Source of the DNA: Phallusia mammillata
Taxonomy: Eukaryota
Assembly (NCBI GenBank): GCA_965637545.1
Contig: OZ281495.1
Location: 19,282,001-19,346,000, forward strand
Direction: 5' to 3'
DNA length: 64,000 nucleotides
The notes under the pieces are model-generated. The model did not search any database. It was not told the DNA's origin and was given only the letters and a program-made list of their open reading frames with translations. The position numbers were made by a program, and so were the translations under genes. Within the stretch, counting starts at the first letter, position 1. The number at the start of each line of letters is the position of its first letter. This document shows, piece after piece, positions 1 to 12,400 of the stretch.

Positions 1-408
1 AATATATACGAAAGCCACATATTCAGGTTTGAAGGTTGTTGCCTCAGCAAAATTGTCTTCGTTTGGGCACTGTATTTCTCCATCTTGCACACATGTGTGT
101 GTTTGAGATTTTTACAAGTTATTTATGTGTTTCTAAAAAGTTAAATTATTAATTATATATATGCCTTAAAAATGAAGGGTTATTGTGTGATTTTTTTCAA
201 TGCAGAGATTTTGTTTGTAAATAAACTTTGCATGGATACGAAAAATGTTACGTAAACTGAAACATGTGGGAAAGAAAGCATCCAGGTATAAATTTACCGC
301 TACCCTTCATCAACTTAATGTTCACGGAACAAAATCATGGTAAGACAAAGCGGTTAAAAAAATGTTGCCCAAGATTGGACATTTTTGAGATTTTAAAAAT
401 TCTTTCAG

Positions 409-3400
409 GCAACCATTTAAGCTTGCAATTGTATGTACACGGCGTAAAAAGAGATTATCTGGAAAGGTATGTAGGTTTGTATATTGATGTTGCATGTTTT
501 GGGGTATTTTGCATTTTTTTTATGTAATGTTTGGTGGATAAAACTTAAATATGAAAAACACACAAATTTGTCTGAAAATGTCTGAAAATTGCAACACATA
601 AATAACATTACCAACTTGCTTATTTAAGTATGGGGACCCATTGTATTCTGTTTGCACAAGTAATTGCGTTGTTAAATGCAATTGCACTCAAATTGAAACT
701 TAACAAATATTATATCCATTATAAGAATAGCAAATAGTGTATTGGATTAATGATTAAATAGAAAATGGCTTTTTTTGGTTAAAACAATTCACAGGACTTC
801 TACTGTTAGTGATTGCAGATAAATTGTGTTTATTTGCAGGCTCAAAGTTGGAGACCAAGTATAGAAAATCCATATAAGGGGACTGTTAATTGGGCTGCTC
901 ACAATCAAGAATCCCTTGAAATCAACATTACATTTTTTCAAAATCAGCATGAAAATGGTTTTATGCCAAAAGACTGGGTATTTGTTCTTGAAAATGTAAG
1001 TTGTATCTTTCATTTGCTTTTTTAATAAAAACAAAGTTTCATGTTTGATTCTTCTATATTATTTTAGTTTCATTGACCAACAGTTTCTCCTTTCTTTTTT
1101 AACAGGAAGCACAGAGTGGCAAGAGAAAAGCTATTGCAACTACTCGACTTGATATGGCACAATACATTACTGATGTTCCAACTGTGCAACAAATGGACTT
1201 GCCACTAAAACCACTTACAAATAAGCTAAAATCAGCAAATTTGCAGTTTTCATTGACATGTGTTTTCATGTCAGAAGGAGTTGCAACGTAAGTTTTTTTT
1301 AAGTTCAAGTGCAAGTTAAAATATTGTACAATACGTATTCAATTCTACACCAAGCTTTATAACTGCCATTTGTGTGGATTCCTCTTCCTGAAGGGGGCAT
1401 AAATTGCTTTTATTCAATTTTTGTTTACAAATCCCTTGAATTATGCAATAGATTACATGCGATATGTTTGTCTGTATGTTTAAGCTGTCTCAATTAATCC
1501 AAACAGTCCTGTTGTTTTGAACCCAGTAAAGTGGTAGCAGTTGCTTTTGGTCATAGAGTTATGTTAGCACATAATTTGATAAATTAATTCCTGGTCATAA
1601 AAAAGTTAAAAGCTGTCCACAGGTTGCCGGTTTGACATTCTTGAGTAACATTATTATAACTAATAAGAACAAATCAATCTCACCTACATACATCAGGAGT
1701 ACATGTTTTTAGAAGGTGCCTTAATTGGTTTATATTACTGACCAAGAATTATGGTTTTGCTACTTACAAAGAAATACCTCAGTGAAAACCGATGTTACCA
1801 ATGTTTAGAGTTTGTATTACAAATTGTTTTAATTCTGCGCTTAATAGCAAAAAATATGAATTAGTGATCCTCTGGGTTCGACATTTTAATAGACTGTTGG
1901 TTGAGTCACTGTGGTTTTGTGATTCATAAGAAGTAGTGTACTGTAGAGTGTGCTATTGTGGGGTGTGAATTATTGTGTTGTGTTATTGTCGACTAAAATG
2001 TGACAAATTTATACATGTTTATCCCTTTTTAACCTCAAAAGAAGCAACATAATAAACAACTTTACATGGGACCCATTAGTTTCTGATTAAAAAAACAAAC
2101 ATTGTTATAAAAGCGATGCTAAATATGACACCCAATGTCAAATATAGTGTATGTGCAATGCCAATATATGTTACGTCAGCCTTTTAAGTTTTGAAGTATT
2201 TTGTTTTTAAATTTGCAAAAGCCCAATTTAATGATGGCGTTTTTAATTTATTCAAACATAGTTGCATTTATCAGGGATTATGACCTTGCCTCAATGGCAG
2301 GAAGTACAACAAGTGAAGACACAATTGGGTTGGGAAATATAGATGTAGCAGATGTTCGCGATCTGGATGACACAGACAGTTAGTAGCCTAGCTTTACAGA
2401 TTTATTTTTTGATTTTATTTTTGATTCATCATCCAATAATTTCTCTAATTTTGCCATGATTTTGCGTTTGACCCAGTTGATGGAAGTTCTCGTGGTAGCA
2501 CTCTTGGAGGTAACAGCATTTCTAATTCATCGTTTGCACAATCGGAGTTGCATGAACTGACTCAGAAAATAGAGCTACTCAGTCAATCAAATGCTGATCC
2601 AAGCAATTTCTCACCATCATCAAATCTCATTAATAACACTGAAGGTCAACTTGTTTTTTTGTTTTCTCAAATGTCAATTTGTGTTTTGTTTACCATTTTA
2701 CGAGCAAATGAGTGGCAGTTTTTGCAATTTAGTTTTTGTTTATCGGTGGTTAATTTGATATTCACAAGAAATGCTGAAATCTTTAAAAACAAACTTTTAC
2801 TTGTTTTTTCTGTAAGTTCAATTTAAAGGTAACTTTTTTTGTCCTGAACAGGCCTAAATTTGAAGCCCATAAGCCGACATGCCAGTACAAGCAGTGGACA
2901 ATCAGAACACACTTCAGTCAGTCAAGATTCCAGTTTGCAAAATAAAAGGTCTGTTCTTTAAAAAATGATGAATAATTTATTGCGCTTATTCCTTCATAGG
3001 ATTGGGAAAGTAATAGACTCAATGTTTTTTATTGTGTCATAGGTTAGAACAGTTGGATGAAAATGAAGTCACAACAACATCTGCTGTGGGTCAAGAAAAA
3101 AGACAAAGCTGCTCATCTGATGCAGGTATATTCACACCTACATAGTCTTGCCGACTGTTCAAAAAACTTCAAAAAGACTTTATATCTCATTTTTTTCACT
3201 TGCTAAAACAGTTTAATAATATTTGTGATGTCATTTTTGTTAAAAAAATAAGGTGATTTTTGTTGCCATTTGCTGTTATAATGACAACACATATGTTAAA
3301 GTAATAATGTTAACGAATTCTAACACTTTGAACCCAAATAAATTATTTGGTGCCTTTACAAATTTTATCTATCGGTTGGCACTTAATAATATGAAGGTTA

Positions 3401-6400
3401 AACTATTTGCATATTCAGCTTCATCTCATGCATCAACTCCGAAGCAAAAGCGCAGGCTGCGTCCATCTGTTGATTTTTTACCTCATTCACAAGTGGAGGT
3501 AAGTGGACTTGCACATCAACTTAGATTGTTGCTTTTTTCCTTCCTTAGTGCACATAGTATGTTTCTGTTGCCGGTTGCAGGCATGTGCAAACATTTACTG
3601 GCAGTACAACCCTAATTGTTTTTAGTTTTTTTTGCCATCCCTCTTTCTTGTGCTTTTGGATTGACACTGATATGTTTTTTTCTCTATGGTAACTAAGAAT
3701 AAGATATATTTATCATCAAGAAATGTACTATCCCAGAGAATTTTGGAGGCATGTGTATAGCTAAAAACATAACCTACATAAGGAACAGAGTGACTAACTC
3801 ATACCGAATAATATGAACATTTGTATGATTGGTTGTCACAAGATTGTCATCAGACCTTCATTGATGGAAGAGAGCCATCTTTTTGTAGCCATGACAACAA
3901 TGGTTACACCCAAATAACTTATTAATGTGTGGTTGACAGAAACATGTAATGCAATGACTAATAAGGATGCTTTTTGTATCATTGTTGCTTAATGCATGGG
4001 GTAATGGAAGTGTGAAAATCACACTGTCTCTGGTTACAAGAACCGATGTACTTTTATGCTGACATACCAAACTTGTCAATAGGGCTGGTTGGCCGATTGT
4101 TAGCCTATATAACAACCGTCATCCAGACGGCTAAAGCTGTAAAGTAGACTCCATAAAACCGGACAACCCTATAGAAGGCGCGTTTAATTGCAACTTGTTT
4201 GTTGCTGGGTGCTGACCTCCCCAATTAATTTTGAAAATTCTGTTGCAACGTTTGAAACAGACTTTAGTTTTTATGTAATAGTGTATCATAGTACTGCAAA
4301 AATCAAGTTTTCAGTTAGCTACAAGTTTTTGTGATATTTGCAAACTTCCAACGAATTTTTACATGTTAGTTAAGTGGTTTATTTTCCTTTCCTCCCAGCC
4401 AGCGGAATCGCTGAATTCAACGAACAACTCACCAGCGACAGAAAACCAAAAATCCATCCTCAAGTGGTGCCAGAGAGTCACAGAAAATCATCGTGGAGTT
4501 AAAGTTACCAACTTTACCACGTCATGGCGCAACGGGCTTGCTTTGTGTGCAATTGTGCACCATTACCGACCTGATTTAGTGTAAGTAACCAATAAGCCAT
4601 TTACGCCAGTGTAAGCGACGTACGAGCAAGCTTGTGAGTTTGAACACTAAAATTGGGATGACACGATAATTTTTCCTTTACTTACCATTTTTATTGAACG
4701 GACGAATTAAAATCCAAACAAAACTATGTTAGCATTTTGTTAGGAAATGATAAAAGTCGTGTTTTGTGCATAAATTTATTGCTTTCGTAACGGTGTTTCT
4801 AATGCGTACATATGTCTTTCGCCAGATAATTAAGGAAGCAAGCTCGCTTAATTGTATGTGCATGTATTCAAATTATTTTTTTTTCTATTTTTAGAGATTA
4901 CGACACACTTGTATCATTTGACGGCAAGCAGAATATCAGAAAAGTATGAAAAGTTTTTAATTGTATTGAGCAAGTTATTCTACTATCATTGTTTCTTTTC
5001 AAGGCAGTTGATGGTTTTAATTCAATGTGTTTATCCGGCATTGAAGACGTAACACCGATGTATTTATCTGACAAAAACAATCTCATTGCGTTTCTGACAC
5101 AAATTCGTAATTGCTTGGAACAAAAAAAGGTTTGGGCCTTTGTCAAATATTTTTGCCAGTAACAGTTAACAATTTTCATAAAATACTTTCTATCTCAAAT
5201 ATATACAAAAAAAATGTTTCGTTCATTAGACAATTTGTAAATCAAACAGCTTGCTTTTTTTAAATGAAAAACATGTCTATTTATCAAGAACCGATCCGTA
5301 ATAAGACTGTTTATATTTTGGTTTTAAAATCTGTGGTGTCAAACCAAATCTCCGAAATTAGGTACACTATGTATGAACGGTTCTAATTATTCAGAGCGAA
5401 AAGCGACAAGCGAGTATTTGAGTGTAAAACATCACAACAATTCGACAGTTTCTATCGTCATCGTCAGGTGAAATAAAACCTTGCGATGTTTTACACTCAA
5501 ATACCGGCTTGTATCTTTTTGCTTAACCTCTGAAAGCTTAAAAAATCGCATACCAGTTTATTGCAAACTCATTTGAAGTCAACATAAAGAAACTCATTTG
5601 TTTGTTTGTAGTTACCAAGTAAAGTACCAGATCCAAAGGCGACAAGTTCATCGCCAGCAGTTATCCTTCACAAAACACAAACAAACACTGGTTTGTACGA
5701 AAGTGCGCGGGTAAAGTTGTTGTCAGATCTCGAGGAGAAAGAAGACGAAGATGACGTTTTTTCTGCTGCTCTCGATGACGCGCTGGAAGAAAACAGCGAC
5801 GGATTTTCGGAACAATTTAGCCCTGGTCCGTTTGGAGAACGCGCAACCCCGAAAGAAACTTCTGTTAAAACTTTCCGTTATGAAAACAAATCCGTATTTT
5901 TGCCCGAAGTATCATCAGCGATTCCCGTTGTTGAACCTCACACAGTCAACGCCGAACTACCTATCGATATCGTACTAAAAAGTTTGCAAGTTAAAACGGA
6001 AAAAACTGAGGTCAGCATCGTTGATGCAACAGCTTCTGACAAAAGCGACATTGAAAATGCACCAGTTGACTTATCGCAACCAGACATAAAAGAAACGATA
6101 ACAACAGAACCGGATGATAAAACAGAAAGCAATTTAAACTGTGGGTCACATGCAGATGAATCAGAAAAGCTGCAAGAAATCGCCACCTTGGTTCAAGGCA
6201 ATGGTGATGATACCAGCATTAAAAGTGACGACAATGCAAGTGTGAAAAATGTCGACGATATAGATCTTAGTTTGCCTGTTGAAATTAACTTACATGATAA
6301 CAAAGTACAGTCGGCCAAATCAAATGTTTCTCCCATCAATAAACATTCGTTGAGCAAAGACTCTGCCATCGAATGTGGTTCAGACACTTCCTTTTACGAA

Positions 6401-9400
6401 ACTCATTCAGAAAGTTTGGAAATTATTGTTGCCAAATCGCATGATAAGGAAACAGCTTTGCCGTCCACTGTTTTGAAACTTGCAAATGATGATGACAATT
6501 TAAAAGAGGAAGCAATGGTATGTTGCAAACCCATTTTGAACAAAGTAGGTTACAGTTATTTTAATAACCGAAGTAAAAACATTGCTTTTTTCCTTTAACG
6601 TTTTTTGCTCTACACGTTGCAAAACAATTAGCGAAAAATAATATCAGCAAATCGCAATTGTTTTTTAGATTTCCTCAAATTTCGATCAGCAGAAAATTGA
6701 TAACAAATTAAATTTATTTGAAACAAAGTTCGAAGCTAAACCGAAACAAGCTGAAGTTGAATCAGAAAAACAAGAACTTGTATCTGATGATCCTCTTCGT
6801 GAAACAGTGGATAAATTATTGGTAGGTCGGCGAATACTATCATCTGAAACATAATTGTTTAACTTTCAACACATTGTGCAGAAATCATCAGCAGCTCGAA
6901 ATAAGAAAGCAAAAACCCTGGAGTTGATTGAAAAAGCCAAGTCACAAGTAAACGTGGTAATGATTTAGCAGATTTCTGACTTTTATTCCTTATTTGCACA
7001 GGATTGCCTTTGTCACTTTGTTAGGTCAAAATACATTTCGACAGGTTTGATTATACGTTTATGTCGTATTTTCATGATAGTAATTTAAAACGTATGGTTC
7101 TAATGTTAAAATTTGATACCAAACAATTACTTGTCTTTTTGGCCTTCATACTATGGTAGTAAGAGTTCAAAAAATGCACTGGAACACGAGAAAAAAATCC
7201 TTACCAACATCATAGCGTCGCTATTTGACGACAGTGAAAAGATGTTTTAGCGAAATCCCCATTTGTCAGCGGGTCGAAGCCACCCATAGTGTGTAGGGCT
7301 CTCCACTCAGCGGTGGTCCCAAGCTTTGTCAGCCTCGCGTTTGTCACTCGGAATTAAACCGTTCCGCCCCAAACCTCGTTGCATAACTCGCTCTATGTGT
7401 TGCGTTGCTTTCCACGAGACGTCAACCCACCCCGCCATCTTGTTTCTCGATCCGCTTTACGTGAAAGTTTTTGCGTTTTAATGGTTTAAAACTGATCTTT
7501 TTTCATTGCTTTGTGCCTACATTGTTAAGGGTGCGCTTCGTAGTGACCTTGGTACGGCCCCATGTAATCCGCCTGTGCTTGACGATTTTTAACTTTGCCG
7601 CTCTTCTAGCCGCTTGTGTATGTTTGTTTAATGCCTAGTGCAGGTCGAGTAGTCGTGCTAAGTGGTCACTTCTTTGGTTTCACGTTTTTTAAGCAGCGTT
7701 GTCTCGATAAGGCCCGTTTCCGAACCATTTACTGTTTCACGCACTTAATTAGATACGCGTGATCCCTGACAGGCCTCATGGGACGGAAGCGCACCCTTTT
7801 CCCAGCAACCATTTTTTTGTAAGACTTCTTAACTGTTTTTAAAAAATACTGTCAAAAATACTTCATCATAACTTAATTATTACATAGTCTTGTTGGCATT
7901 AGGGAATTTACTTTTTACTGAAATTGCAATACAGTATAAAGTACCCAGTTGATTCTTTGTTAAATATACATTTATGCAAATGATTTGCAGCGTATAAATT
8001 ACCTTAGTTTGAATATAATTTGCCCGAATATGTATGTTAGAAATGGGACTTGGATGAAGCAAAGCAATAATTATTGACCCTTGTCAAGCATTTGTTTGCT
8101 TTTCTGCCACGGTCATTGCGCTAATCCTATTACACTGGGTTCACGAACTTTACTACCAGTGATCTTCCCTCTTGCCGACAGGAAGAGTTTTTGTTGCCCC
8201 ACCTCCCTGTCCATCACCCTTTCCCTTCACCCCTTGACGTCATCTTGATGCGTGTGTTGTCAAGGTTTAACGTTACGCGAGTTATTCAATTAAGCCGAAC
8301 CGCGCTTGCAACTTGAACTTTGCAGCAGAAGGAACGATCTTTCTCACGATGCTGACTCACATCGAAAAATGTTGCGAGTTCCGATTATTTGCAGCGCTCT
8401 TTATGTTTGTTTTTTGTTTTACTTTTTCGAAACAGAATTCAAAGCGAGAAGTAAGTGAACGAGCGCAGCGATTAATTGACGAAGCTCGAGCCACTCTTGG
8501 TCGTTCTTCATCTCCTCCTAAATACCCGGAAGAAATGCAACTAAATGAAAGCTGCGATTCGAATGCAACTTCTCCGACCCTTCGCTCAAGTAAGGATAAT
8601 TGGTTGTGCAGTAAATTGGGCAAAAACCTTTGCTTTTGCTTCAGTGTTTGCTTGTTTGTACTGCGGATGCGGTCTTCTTTAACTGTCATCGTGTTTTCAG
8701 CAGCACCGTCCGTCAGCGACCAGTCAAGCGTGGAAGGAACGTCAACAAAGCGACAGGCCAGTGACGGACATCTTGACGAGACGAAATCCCAAAGCTCGAC
8801 TACCTCGGAATCTGATAGCGTTGTAAATTTCCGCGACAATAGTAGGTTTTCCACTTCGAAAAGCGACAATTCGAGTGGATTTGAATCATCACAGCACCGT
8901 GACAGTACCGACGACAGCTTGTGCGAGAAAACTGTATCCCACAACGCTGATGTGTTCATTGGTGAAACCAGTACGACCACAAGTGTCGCTAAAGAGCCAT
9001 GTAGGACTCGACCGGAATCACCGACAATAAAAACGGTGGCTACTTCCTCGTCAAACGAAAGTTCAACACGGGTTTTACTATCCGAGCCCTTAAACGAGCC
9101 ACACATTCCTCACATAAGTTCAGAGCAAGTAGTGTTTCCCGCAGTAGACGACCTGTCGACGTCTTCTGAAACTTTACGCGTTCCGCCCAGCGATCCGCTC
9201 TTGTCTGCAAGCGCCGAAGCCGTGACAGGCAATGGTAGAGTTTTGTAACTGATCTCAAGTGCTGTTTTGTGCAAAGTACATTGTGTTGCAGAACATCGGG
9301 GCAACGGGTCGACTATCCTATCGACTGAGTCGCAAGTAAACGAATCCCAGCCTGTTGAAAACTACACAAGTATGGGCGGTATTAATCGTATCTAGTAACA

Positions 9401-12400
9401 TAGTTACATCTGTCATATAATATATTTGTTGCTGTAGACAAAGGCACTGAATGTTATTATGTTTTTTTATATTACGGCACAGATGGTGTACAGCAGTTAG
9501 ATGATAATTCCACCATCAGCCCACTTCCGCAAGTTGAAAGGAGGAAAAAAACCGCAGCAACATCGCTTGGTAGGAGCTACTGCGATCTTACACACGCATT
9601 TTACTTTTACTTACCTCACAAAACGTACCTTGTTTTCCTGTATGCTTTTTGCGCCCCATTAGTTCTTGATTTTTTGGTGGGTGATAAGATTTTTATCACT
9701 TATTTTTGGCACTGAAATTTAAATTTATTTTCCTATTCCTTGTGAAACTTGTTTGTGACTTTTCAACATATGATTATCGCAGTTGATCGTTTATCTGTTG
9801 CAAGTACCTCCGAACTACATAAGAGGTTAAGCACAGCTTTACAAAAGAAATCAATTTCCGAAAATCCGACGCTAGATGTTGTAAGCGAAGTAAGTTGAGG
9901 ACATTTTGCATCATGTAATTTCGAGATATATCCAAATATTTTTTATGTTTAGCTCGAAAAAGAACGCATTTCGTTGGAAAAGGAACACAAGGTTGTCGAG
10001 GAGCGGTCGATTGAAGTGCAGATGGAACTGCAGGAACTGAAAAATACAAGTAAGTTGTGAGTTTTGTCAGCATGGTTTGCAGTATAATTCGTCTCTTAAA
10101 AGCAGATGATCAACAAACAGAATATTGTGTGCAAAAGTTGCATACTGAACTACAATACGCAACTACGATTATGTTCTAAATTTGTTTGTCTTCCTATTGG
10201 TTGATCCTGCATCACTTTTTTTCTAAAAGTGAGTGGTATCCTGGAATCAGACCAAACTTAACGCCCGTTGGCAGCTTAAGCAAATTTAGCTCTGGTAAAT
10301 ACCATCTACCTCGTATATCTCCACAGGCAGGGAATCTTGGTTTGTGACACAGTCTATCAAAATTATAGAAAACAGAGCTAGTAAGACAGTTTTTGAATTT
10401 GAACGCGAAGCCTGATTTTCAAAGGCTTGTTCATGTCAAGACCCAAGTGAAAGCCCGGTAAGACATTTTAATGAACTAATGTGAAAAATAAATGTGTCGT
10501 GAAGATAAAACTTTCTACAAACTCACTTATACTATTGAGTTAGCAAAAGGATGGATAAGCTTTCTTTCCCCATCTGTGCCCATTCGATTGCTACCACTTC
10601 CATATTCGAGCTCATTAAAATTTCACGCTAATCTTGTAATGTTATAGGAACTAATCCCGCGCGCAAAAAGAGGCGATTCAGTTTCGTAATCTGCCCCGGT
10701 CCGTTGTCGTGTTTAAACGTTTCGGCTAATTGGAACTGGTTGGTCTTAATTGGCAGGACCCTGCTTTTTGTATGATGCATTATTAAGCTGAACGCAAGTG
10801 TCCGGTCTGTGCTTTGCCTATCATCCACCAAAAAATCGAATTTGCTCCCATAATCCTGTTGAACTGAATTAAGCACTTTAAAACTTGAAGCTACACTTAG
10901 TTGGTTCAAAAACACTTGATGATATCTTTCTACCCAGTCAGGTCGTGTCTGGATAGAAAGCTCGCTTGCCAGGTTTGATCTTATTATTGCTGACATGAAG
11001 CTGCTTTAAGCCACCTATCTTCGTGCTTTATCTCCCCCGTACACCTGTAGCAGTTTAATGACCCGCACTTGGGACTAATACGGCGACTGAGTCTTCCCGA
11101 AGCAAACTCACCTCTCTTTGTATTGATGTAACGCGCGCCTTATCCAAATCGGCGCCTAGCAGCCTTGAAAATCCTTGATCGGATTTAGGTGGTTTTCCTT
11201 GAAAATTATAATCGGCTCCGTCGATCTGCTTTTGCTCCTAAATCCCCTTCCCGTAACTAACTGTCCTTTATATGTCCTCGCCTATGCTGCCGCCACGTTA
11301 GTTTTCGACTTAGCACGACTTGAGAGTACGTGTATTTCAAAACTTGCGCTGAGTATCGGATCTAGTATTTGGCAAAAGACGCCGAAATTGGACTATGAAT
11401 GCAGTGGATGTACGAGTGACTCCTAGAAACGTGCGATTATAAAAAATGGTTGAGACGCAGTGTGCAGAAAAAAGTTGGTCTTAGAGAAATGTTTAGTTGG
11501 ACTTCGCAAACAAAATGGCCGACGCCGAAGGAAGAATATACGTTAACAGTTAACCTTTGTGTAAGTATCCTGAAACATTGTGTATTGGATATACGTGGCT
11601 TAAAATTACATGCAAACTGTGTAAGGTGTCATTTTCGTGGCTGATAAATTGGCTGATGTAACGATGTCTCTCTGCTCCTTTCATCACAATTGTGAGGGCG
11701 GATCAGTCGCGTGCATCGGATCTTAAGTGCGGAACGCGCTAAATTGGAAAGAGAATGGCATCGTTTCGTCAAGAAGATAGTAGCATTGGGGGAAATTGGC
11801 CAAATTTCTTTTCCCATTTGACGCCACTCGGCTCTTCTCGCCAATTTTTGTTTTCTTGTCGCCTGCTTTAGAACACGTAGCGCACGGTTTTGCTTTGCGC
11901 GTGCGACTTGCTTGGCTGTCGCGAATTTGTTGGCGATGCTATCTTGCGCGCGATGTCAGTTACAAGGTCGACCCCTTGTCAGTCAGGATTAGAGAGATTC
12001 TCGTCTCGCCGCTCCTGCTCTCGCGCCTGTGAGTGCTTGCCATGAAACTTCACTTAGCAACTTCACAGCCAACTTTAGCACTGATTTTCAACCATTAGTA
12101 TATGACCCATCCTTGTACTGAATTTCGATGGTAAAACTTTATAGCGACCGTTTAAGCCAAGACAATGGCTATTTCATGCACAAACCATCCGCCATGCTAT
12201 TTCCCTTGTGTATTTTCTCTTCACCTCTTTACTGTTTGTTGCTCATGGTAAGGTCAGGGAGCAAGCCGAGTCTCCCGTACATGCAACCCAAGCACCCAGC
12301 ACATCTCGAGTTACAGTGAAAGTGCGATAGCTGATATTGTTGGGATTAAGTAAGCACGCCAACATATTCAGTGTATTCGAGCTTGCCAATTTTTTTCATG

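Noticed and set aside
8357-9106. 249-aa minus-strand ORF
   Set aside because: It is the antisense shadow of Ser/Thr-rich EHBP1 exons 15-16 and has no recognisable domain.
10628-10996. 122-aa minus-strand ORF in the large EHBP1 intron
   Set aside because: It has no recognisable motif or splice context, and this length is plausible by chance in ~43% GC sequence. A BLASTP or RNA-seq hit would reopen it.
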